Part shown: piece by piece, positions 56,978 through 64,000 of the stretch | Layout of the letters: each line of letters starts with the position of its first letter | Position numbering within the stretch: position 1 is the stretch's first letter | IMG/VR virus record: IMGVR_UViG_3300009285_002995 | Location: 4,271 to 68,270 of that record | DNA: 64,000 nt | Source of the DNA: a virus | Direction: 5' to 3' (one strand) | Program-made: the position numbers and the translations under genes | The notes under the pieces: generated by a model | Database searches by the model: none | Seen by the model: only the letters and a program-made list of their open reading frames with translations | Told to the model about the DNA's origin: nothing

Positions 56978-57592
56978 CTAAGATAGTTCAAAGAAGCCGT
57001 TCCCAGTAGCATGTTCGGCCCAATTATCTTTTATACCATGTTTCCTATAACAAAACTCTTTCAACGTCCAGCCATGCTTTGTAAACATTTCCATCCACCA
57101 CTCTGGCGGCTGTGCTATTATGTGTGTTTTGTCGAGATCATATGCCGGTACATTAAACCTTTTTCCATCGCCTAATGGGATTACAGCAAATAAGTGCCTG
57201 CACTTCTTGCGAAGTTTATATACAACAGCCTCAATGTTTGGTATGTGTTCAAAAACATCTTTTGCAATACAGATATCAAAATCAAAGTCCCAAGGTACTG
57301 GCTCATTCTCGTTACATTGTATAACATATTCTTCCACTTGTGGGTCACAGTTTTGTATAGCATATCTACTCAAGTCTACCCCATAGGCATCACGCCACAG
57401 GATACGTAATGCCTTAACCAGATAACCTTTTGCACAACCAAAATCCAATATGCGGCTTTGTCTGCCTATACACAGTTTGTCTATTAATGCCATCGCAAGA
57501 CTTATTGTCTGCTCCGGCATCCATCTGTAATTTGTGTACAGACTAACCCCAGTCTCAATCCCTCTTTCAAAGTATGCTTCATTATATTTCAT
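56978..57592 (-). CDS. class I SAM-dependent methyltransferase
   Basis: ILDFGCAKGYLV, GVDLS, DVFEHI. Confidence 0.85.
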   Translation of the reverse strand: MKYNEAYFERGIETGVSLYTNYRWMPEQTISLAMALIDKLCIGRQSRILDFGCAKGYLVKALRILWRDAYGVDLSRYAIQNCDPQVEEYVIQCNENEPVPWDFDFDICIAKDVFEHIPNIEAVVYKLRKKCRHLFAVIPLGDGKRFNVPAYDLDKTHIIAQPPEWWMEMFTKHGWTLKEFCYRKHGIKDNWAEHATGNGFFELS

Positions 57593-58359
57593 AATTGTCC
57601 CATGAAGCTTTTATTATGTTCTATAAAAGCATACATTTTTTGCATAATGGAGTTACGCCGTTCATTTTTTTCATTTTCTTTATGTATTCCGTCTAAAACA
57701 TGCAAAGATGCCTCCCCAAGGTGTCGATAAAATTTCCAATATTCATATTCAATAAACCCCCATCCTAAATCTTGCATCTCTAACCTTGTTAGAACGCCCA
57801 AATCTAAACCATCGACAGATTCTTTTCCAGAACCTGTAAATGGGTCCTTTAATGAGTATAACCTCAAAATATTATCTCCGCCCCTACACACACAAGGAGA
57901 TACAATATTCCAAAAACCAAAATGACAATTACTATATGCGTATGTATTAATTATCGTCATTCCGATTCGCCAATCTCCAATCATACCAACTTCTGCATCA
58001 CATTGTTGCATTAACATAGGCCAAACACTGTCCGTCATACAAATATCTGCATGTGTAAGTATAACCCATTTGTTTTTACAACAATTTTTTATCATCCAAT
58101 CCATTCTATTACTACAATCTCTACCACCTTGATTTACACCAGCACCATTTACCGTTTTTTGCACATATTTATCTAGTGAATAATATTTAACGCCAAGACC
58201 ATTGCAAACATTTATTATATTATCATTGTCTACAGTTGGGACACTAACATGATAATCAACATCTTCGGTGCCGAGAAATTTCTTCGCACTTTTTATATTT
58301 AAAGGTAACAACTCGGCCTCATAATCATTAATTACAAATGTACAATAGTCTATTTTCAT
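57589..58359 (-). CDS. GT-A fold glycosyltransferase
   Basis: WVILTHADIC (DxD-like), DLG and HLG motifs; cluster context. Confidence 0.55.
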   Translation of the reverse strand: MKIDYCTFVINDYEAELLPLNIKSAKKFLGTEDVDYHVSVPTVDNDNIINVCNGLGVKYYSLDKYVQKTVNGAGVNQGGRDCSNRMDWMIKNCCKNKWVILTHADICMTDSVWPMLMQQCDAEVGMIGDWRIGMTIINTYAYSNCHFGFWNIVSPCVCRGGDNILRLYSLKDPFTGSGKESVDGLDLGVLTRLEMQDLGWGFIEYEYWKFYRHLGEASLHVLDGIHKENEKNERRNSIMQKMYAFIEHNKSFMGQL

Positions 58360-58360
58360 A

Positions 58361-59560
58361 TCAACTTTCAGCTATGTCTATTATATAGTTTATCATGTTT
58401 GTATTTAAAAGATAATCCCTTGACTTTATCCATCTATTATACAGGTTAAAACAATTCTCTGTAATATGTTGATATTTTTCTTTACTAATATTATTACATA
58501 CAACACTAAGATCGCTAAAATCCTCAGCAAATGTTATATAATGATCATTTTCAACTAATACAGGAAAATTACTTTGATCATTCATCCTTCTAGGGACTAA
58601 ACTAATCGTTTTCATTGCAGCCGCTTCCCAAAAACGAGGAGGAGCGTATATAGAAAATAACCATTTATAATCTGCGTAAAACAAATACGAACTAAGCGTA
58701 CTAAAAAAATTATTCTCCGGCAAACCATAACCATTAAGAGCATGTTCCAACAAACCAATATCTATTTTTGAATTCATTTGGTTGAATTGTTTAGCTAATT
58801 GAAAATATCTTGTTGTACAACTATTGTTCCAATTTGGGCAATTATTAAAATAATTTTCTTGTTTTTTATCAGGTAACGAACATGAAGATTTTAAATTTTC
58901 CATTATGTCATATGGAAATTTGCCATATTTATTAAAAATTTCTTTACACTCCCCACAGTATTGAAATAAATATGCGTGGGTGTTAAACTGTGAAGAATTA
59001 TCGACAAGCCCTTTTGCAAGTAGATTTAAATAAAGATGAACTCTTTGATAATGATGACCACCACGAACGAGAGCGAGTTTAATACGCTGATCGTATTCAG
59101 AAACCGATATACTTGGCGGGTTAAACCAAAGTACATACGGCAATGAGTGAAGACGGTTTTCGTTCAACAACCTATTATATATTGCAGTATTTATTTCATC
59201 CATAAAACATACATCTATAGTAGAATACTCGAGGTTATTACTTATACTTATTTCTTTAGATGAAACAGTCCTCTGTAACCCTGCAATTTTAAATATATGG
59301 TCTATTTCTAATATTTTTTCACTCCCGTAATAGGAACAACAAAACGCACTATTATCATTAATGTCAAACGCTATTATTTTATTAGAATTATTCTTAATAA
59401 TATCTATAGTGTCTGGTGTAAGATAAATAGCATCTATAAGAACGGTAGAATTCTTTACATTTAATACATTGTCAATTATTGGTATTTGTTTACATAGTGA
59501 AATTGGTTCGAAAAACCTTTTTTGAAGAAACTCGTTTTGTGCAGTTACTATAACGGTCAT
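58361..59560 (-). CDS. GT-B fold glycosyltransferase
   Basis: PRFWEAAAMKTISL...ENDHYITFAEDFSDL C-terminal motif. Confidence 0.65.
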   Translation of the reverse strand: MTVIVTAQNEFLQKRFFEPISLCKQIPIIDNVLNVKNSTVLIDAIYLTPDTIDIIKNNSNKIIAFDINDNSAFCCSYYGSEKILEIDHIFKIAGLQRTVSSKEISISNNLEYSTIDVCFMDEINTAIYNRLLNENRLHSLPYVLWFNPPSISVSEYDQRIKLALVRGGHHYQRVHLYLNLLAKGLVDNSSQFNTHAYLFQYCGECKEIFNKYGKFPYDIMENLKSSCSLPDKKQENYFNNCPNWNNSCTTRYFQLAKQFNQMNSKIDIGLLEHALNGYGLPENNFFSTLSSYLFYADYKWLFSIYAPPRFWEAAAMKTISLVPRRMNDQSNFPVLVENDHYITFAEDFSDLSVVCNNISKEKYQHITENCFNLYNRWIKSRDYLLNTNMINYIIDIAES

Positions 59561-60213
59561 AAAACCCCCATTAAATAATCAAATAGCTTTTTGTGTCCAG
59601 CTTGCGTCAAATGATTCCCGTCTATACAATCACTGTTACAAATATTCCATACATCTACATGCACCATATCAAACTTCATACAAACTTCCTTTAAAATTTC
59701 ATCATATTGATATGTTTGTTCAAATACATAGTCTTTACAAATACTATTTGGCTTGCTAAACCCCATAATTATTGGTTTACTTCCATATAACATTTGTCCG
59801 AAACATTCCCACATAAATCTAAATTCAAATGGTTCTAAAAATCTATAATAATTATTTACCCCTTTTTGTATATCATTAGCAGCAGCAAACATTTTTGGTG
59901 CAACAAAAGTTTTATACTCAGGGCCAAGGTCCCAACAATTATAATGATAAGTTGCAAGGACCAGAAAATTAATTGCAGGTGATGTAACAGCCTCATTTAT
60001 TCCAAGATGAATAATGATTTTATTATCCCTTCCAGATAGAAGATTTAAAAGATTTGTTTTTGCATGAAAAATCATCATCCCATCTTTTGTATAGCCATTA
60101 ATATTTTGGAATTTTTCATAAAGCATATCTATATAACTAGAATTAATTAAAGTCCCACCACATTGTTGAAACGCACAGTTTCCTGTAGAATTTGAGAAAA
60201 CAGTTAACTTCAT
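59557..60213 (-). CDS. SGNH/GDSL-family protein (O-acyltransferase or esterase)
   Basis: FSNS block I, LGINE block III, DGNHL..AGH block V. Confidence 0.7.
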   Translation of the reverse strand: MKLTVFSNSTGNCAFQQCGGTLINSSYIDMLYEKFQNINGYTKDGMMIFHAKTNLLNLLSGRDNKIIIHLGINEAVTSPAINFLVLATYHYNCWDLGPEYKTFVAPKMFAAANDIQKGVNNYYRFLEPFEFRFMWECFGQMLYGSKPIIMGFSKPNSICKDYVFEQTYQYDEILKEVCMKFDMVHVDVWNICNSDCIDGNHLTQAGHKKLFDYLMGVL

Positions 60214-60215
60214 AA

Positions 60216-60743
60216 TTATTTTACTGCTTCTATATTTAAACTCATTAGTAAACCAAACGTTTTGTCCATATGTGGTAAATATGCTTGTGAGTAATCGTCG
60301 TACATAAAATGTTCAGTTTTCTTCCAGTCCCAATCTCTATAACATATAAATCCTGCATCGCCAATAAATTTTGCCATACTATCCTTGTCAAACACTATAT
60401 GGTGGTCGTTAAATAATGACTCTTGCCCACCATAAAGTAAACCCATTAACTCATTTAAATCGCCAGTACTTCTATATCTCTCTACGATTGCGGTAAAATT
60501 AGGTACTGACAATCTTAATATCCCACCTCTCTTTAATAAACTATACCAATATGTCAACACTGCTCTTACTGTATGTCTATTAAAGTGTTCAAGTACGTGC
60601 GAGGCATATATAATATCAAAACTCTCCATAGGATATGGTATTGCAATAGCATTGCAATATAGATCTGCTTTATTCAAAGAACTAATGTCTAAATTTAACC
60701 ACCCAGGAATATAACATTTGCCACACCCAATATGTAGTTTCAT
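60216..60743 (-). CDS. SAM-dependent methyltransferase (type 11-like)
   Basis: LHIGCG, GWLNLD, SHVLEHF, LKRGGILRLSVP. Confidence 0.85.
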   Translation of the reverse strand: MKLHIGCGKCYIPGWLNLDISSLNKADLYCNAIAIPYPMESFDIIYASHVLEHFNRHTVRAVLTYWYSLLKRGGILRLSVPNFTAIVERYRSTGDLNELMGLLYGGQESLFNDHHIVFDKDSMAKFIGDAGFICYRDWDWKKTEHFMYDDYSQAYLPHMDKTFGLLMSLNIEAVK

Positions 60744-62029
60744 TTTCTTAGTTCCCTACTCCTATCCCCTATTACATCTTTTAAATAATTATATCTATCT
60801 ACAACCTTTTTATCATTGCATTGGTATACACTTCCTTGTTTTCCTATTGTGTGATAATTACTAAAATCAGTATTTTTATCTATTTTGTACTCATATTTTT
60901 CTGGGTTTTCCCAAACATCACATCCAGGGAAAGGTTGAAAAATATGCAACCCAAAAGTATCTACGTCTGGGTTAGTTTTAATAAAATTTGCTGTAGCCTC
61001 AATATCTTCATCGGTCTCAGTAGGTAAACCAACCATTAATTGACCGTTTATTTTTAAGCCAGCGTTAACAGCGCTCTCTATTGCCTTATTACCTTGTTCT
61101 ACTGTTGCCCTCTTATTCATAAGTTTTAATAGTCTATTACTACCAGTCTCAAAACCTATTGCAAGAGATAGACAACCGGCTTTCTTCATCAACAAAAGAA
61201 GATCAATATCTGTTTTATCTACTCTTGTTAAACAAAACCATTTCATATCTACCTTATTATCAATCAACAGATTACATATATTTCTAACTCTATCATAATC
61301 TAATAAGAAAGTGTCATCTAAAATATTAATCATACCTACGCCAAATTTATTACGCAGGTATACTATTTCATCATAAACATTTTGAGAGCTTACTAACCTA
61401 ACTTTTCCTCCGTGCATTTTATTACTAGCACAAAAAGCACAGTTAAAAGCACACCCCCTACCAGTAATAATAGATGCCTCAGGTAGATTGGCTAAATAAC
61501 CAAATGTTCTAGGCACTAAATAACTAAAGTAATCTATTGTTTCCCTGTCTGGGAATGGGAGAAGGTCTACGTTACATAAACAATTATTTGGTTTATATTC
61601 AAATCTAGTTTTTATACCATCTATTCTGCTATAAATAATACCGGACATTAGTTGTAATAATGGCAGTTCTCCCTCGCCTACGACACAGGCGTCAGCAAGT
61701 GTGTTAATTAGAATATGGTCTGGGTATGTAGTAGCATGAACACCACCAACTATAACCAATTTATCAGGTTCTCTAATCTTTAATTTTCTAATTATCTTCT
61801 CAATATAAATATACTGAGGGCTAACCCCTGTTACACCATAAATATCTCCTACTGGTATATACCAATCCTCTTCTTTAAGACTAGAAAGGTCACAAACAAC
61901 AACCTCGCATTCCTTATTATTCGCCTTTAAATAAGAAGATAGATAAAGAACACCCATCATAGGTATGTCTCTATCACTAATCAACCAAGGGCTAGGTGGG
62001 ATTATTAATACCAGTTTCATTTTATGCAA
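60740..62029 (-). CDS. cobalamin-dependent (class B) radical SAM enzyme
   Basis: B12-binding N-terminus (GVLYL, VGGVHAT, VGEGE), RGCAFNCAFC, GFETGS, MVGLPTET. Confidence 0.9.
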   Translation of the reverse strand: MHKMKLVLIIPPSPWLISDRDIPMMGVLYLSSYLKANNKECEVVVCDLSSLKEEDWYIPVGDIYGVTGVSPQYIYIEKIIRKLKIREPDKLVIVGGVHATTYPDHILINTLADACVVGEGELPLLQLMSGIIYSRIDGIKTRFEYKPNNCLCNVDLLPFPDRETIDYFSYLVPRTFGYLANLPEASIITGRGCAFNCAFCASNKMHGGKVRLVSSQNVYDEIVYLRNKFGVGMINILDDTFLLDYDRVRNICNLLIDNKVDMKWFCLTRVDKTDIDLLLLMKKAGCLSLAIGFETGSNRLLKLMNKRATVEQGNKAIESAVNAGLKINGQLMVGLPTETDEDIEATANFIKTNPDVDTFGLHIFQPFPGCDVWENPEKYEYKIDKNTDFSNYHTIGKQGSVYQCNDKKVVDRYNYLKDVIGDRSRELRK

Positions 62030-62981
62030 ACTCGTTAAATGTAGTTTCTGTAAGAACGTCTTCTAATACTATTTGTTGTTTAACATATTTACAATATGAA
62101 CACTCTATCTTTTTTGGTTGCAGTGCTTCAGCACTAGAATAAAAATTCTTTACTTCATCATATCTACATATTTTTGAGCCTGAAAATATTTTACTTTTGT
62201 TTTCTACAGCAAGTTCACTACTTGGACAAGCATAAACATTCCCGTCCGTATATAAACATGGTTTAATCATAAAAATACGACAATCGGTATTTGGTCTAAT
62301 AGTATCTATGTTAAAATCAGATAAAAACACATACTGATTATTTTTATACCCTGCCAATAATTCCCTTAACATATCTACATTGTCGTTTATAGATTTTACT
62401 GGGACAATACAATCTGGTGCCACCCTACACGGTATTTTAAACGAATTAGCTATTGAAATAACATTATCAAAAATATCTTTTGTAGACATTTCATTCCAAA
62501 TATAACAAAACGTAACAGTAGTACCGGATTTTAATATTCCTTCTACGTTAACAGTAGGTAAATAATCTAAAACATTTAAAGATAATCTAACCCAGTCACA
62601 ATATTCCCAACATTCTACCTTGTCATAATCTATTCCGTTTGTATTTACACCAATTTTCATCCCAAGTTTATGCAAAAAGGAAATGTACTCATTTATATAA
62701 GGATATAAGGTTGGGTCTCCACCACCAGTTATTTCTACTGCTCTTGTACCTATAGAGTAAAATTGCAATATACCTTCTGTAAGTTTGTCAAAACTGAGGT
62801 CTAATGTTTTATCCTCTCTGTTTTTAAAGCAACAATAAGCACAATTTAGCTGGCATCTGTGGGTAGGCATAGTATGAACCATAATAGGAGTCACCTTACC
62901 AAATTGTAAATCACTTAATATATCTAAATGTTTAAACAATTTTACATTATTTGACGTGCAACTAAATTTTATTTGACTCAT
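62022..62981 (-). CDS. radical SAM enzyme with SPASM/twitch-like C-terminus
   Basis: CQLNCAYC, TGGGDPT, NTNG; C...DGNVYAC...CSYC. Confidence 0.88.
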   Translation of the reverse strand: MSQIKFSCTSNNVKLFKHLDILSDLQFGKVTPIMVHTMPTHRCQLNCAYCCFKNREDKTLDLSFDKLTEGILQFYSIGTRAVEITGGGDPTLYPYINEYISFLHKLGMKIGVNTNGIDYDKVECWEYCDWVRLSLNVLDYLPTVNVEGILKSGTTVTFCYIWNEMSTKDIFDNVISIANSFKIPCRVAPDCIVPVKSINDNVDMLRELLAGYKNNQYVFLSDFNIDTIRPNTDCRIFMIKPCLYTDGNVYACPSSELAVENKSKIFSGSKICRYDEVKNFYSSAEALQPKKIECSYCKYVKQQIVLEDVLTETTFNEFA

Positions 62982-63900
62982 AATTTTCCCTATAATCTTT
63001 GTATGTTTGTACTAATCCGTCCTCTAGTTTTTTTGTATAATGCCAACCAAGGTCGTTAATCTTTTTAACATCAAGTAACTTTTGATAAGTACCGTCCGGT
63101 TTGCTAAAATCCCATTCTATATTTAAAGAAGGGCAAATAATACTTTTCAACAACATAACTAAATCAAAAATACTTATATCTTCCCCAGTACCAACATTTA
63201 TTGTTTCTATACCATCATAATTATTCATTAAGAATAAACATGCTTCGGATAAATCATCAACAAATAAAAATTCCCTCTTTGGTTTCCCAGTGCCCCAACA
63301 AACCATAGCACCATTGTCTTTCATGCATCTATACATACGTTGTATAAGCGCCGGGATAACGTGAGAGTTTTTATCATTGTAAGTATCACCAAACCCATAT
63401 AAATTAGTAGGCATCGCAGATATAAAATTGCAACCATATTGTTTTCTATATAATTTGCACATCATAATACCTGCTATTTTAGCTATAGCATACCCATCAT
63501 TAGTACTCTCTAAAGGACCAGTAAGTAAATATTCCTCCTTCATTGGTTGAGGACATTCTTTTGGATATATACAAGAAGAACCTAAAAATAAAAGTTTATT
63601 AACACCAAACCTATATGCGTTATGAATTACATTGGTTTCCATAACCAAATTTTCATATATAAAATCGGCAGATAAAGTGTCGTTTGCATAAATACCCCCT
63701 ACTTTAGCAGCAGCACAAAATACATATTCAGGTTTTTCATTTTTAAAAAAATATTCAACAGCTTTTTGATTTAAAAGGTCTAATTCGGCATGAGTTAAAG
63801 TTATTATATTCTTATATTCTTTTATAAGAAGAGATCTTACTATTGCACTCCCAACCATGCCTGTACTACCAGTAATAAATATTCTACTATTTTTTTTCAT
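62962..63900 (-). CDS. fcl: GDP-L-fucose synthase
   Basis: GSTGMVGS, AAAKVGGIYAN, LGSSCIYPK, YAIAK, MPTNLYG, SHVIPAL, WGTGKPKREF. Confidence 0.93.
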   Translation of the reverse strand: MKKNSRIFITGSTGMVGSAIVRSLLIKEYKNIITLTHAELDLLNQKAVEYFFKNEKPEYVFCAAAKVGGIYANDTLSADFIYENLVMETNVIHNAYRFGVNKLLFLGSSCIYPKECPQPMKEEYLLTGPLESTNDGYAIAKIAGIMMCKLYRKQYGCNFISAMPTNLYGFGDTYNDKNSHVIPALIQRMYRCMKDNGAMVCWGTGKPKREFLFVDDLSEACLFLMNNYDGIETINVGTGEDISIFDLVMLLKSIICPSLNIEWDFSKPDGTYQKLLDVKKINDLGWHYTKKLEDGLVQTYKDYRENYESNKI

Positions 63901-64000
63901 TTAGTTCATACTCCATCATTATTTTAACAAGTTCTTTAAATTTAATATTTGGATGCCACCCAAGAGCATTTTTTGCTTTATTAGCATTGCCAATTAATAA
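63887..64000 (-). CDS. gmd: GDP-mannose 4,6-dehydratase, 3' end only
   Basis: LLIGNANKAKNALGWHPNIKFKELVKIMM matches the Gmd C-terminus; overlaps the fcl start. Confidence 0.7.
   Translation of the reverse strand, partial: LLIGNANKAKNALGWHPNIKFKELVKIMMEYELNEKK

Noticed and set aside
1-64000. Genome-wide stop codon reassignment
   Set aside because: TGA, TAG and TAA all end well-defined genes, often in ATGA overlaps, and long genes are intact in the standard code. The three internal stops are each a different codon.
1-64000. CRISPR array, diversity-generating retroelement, integrase, intein or intron
   Set aside because: I saw no regularly spaced repeats, reverse transcriptase or recombinase motifs, and DnaE and RecA lengths leave no room for inteins. 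A computed self-alignment would be needed to exclude a short TR/VR pair.

Overview
This window is a 64-kb internal segment of a tailed dsDNA bacteriophage genome (siphovirus-like, lambda-type tail tip). The host is probably an anaerobic Gram-negative bacterium; that is an inference. The + strand arm (1-23434) carries a DNA methyltransferase, a bacterial-type Pol III replisome (beta clamp, DnaX-like loader, DnaE fused to a family-4 UDG-like domain), a T4-like recombination set (UvsY-like, gp32-like SSB, RecA, Holliday junction resolvase, split SbcC around SbcD) and many small accessory ORFs. The - strand arm (23504-64000) is the late operon: an AT-rich sugar synthesis and tailoring cluster (gmd, fcl, two radical SAM enzymes, methyltransferases, glycosyltransferases, SGNH protein), head genes, a GT4-GT9 fusion among the head-tail genes, the tail module with a lambda-type -1 frameshift, a 2713-aa tail tip protein, signal-peptide proteins and lysis-region genes. 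The arms converge on a terminator near 23450. Main observations: (1) a candidate phage selenoprotein, a UxxC redoxin with an in-frame TGA and SECIS-like hairpin, beside a stand-alone class III RNR glycyl-radical domain; (2) a glycan pathway inside the virion operon, suggesting virion glycosylation; (3) the DnaE-UDG fusion; (4) a tRNA-shaped RNA with a non-canonical anticodon loop; (5) a three-piece SbcC; (6) an orphan IS66 TnpB-like gene. All family calls are motif recognition by eye; no searches were run.
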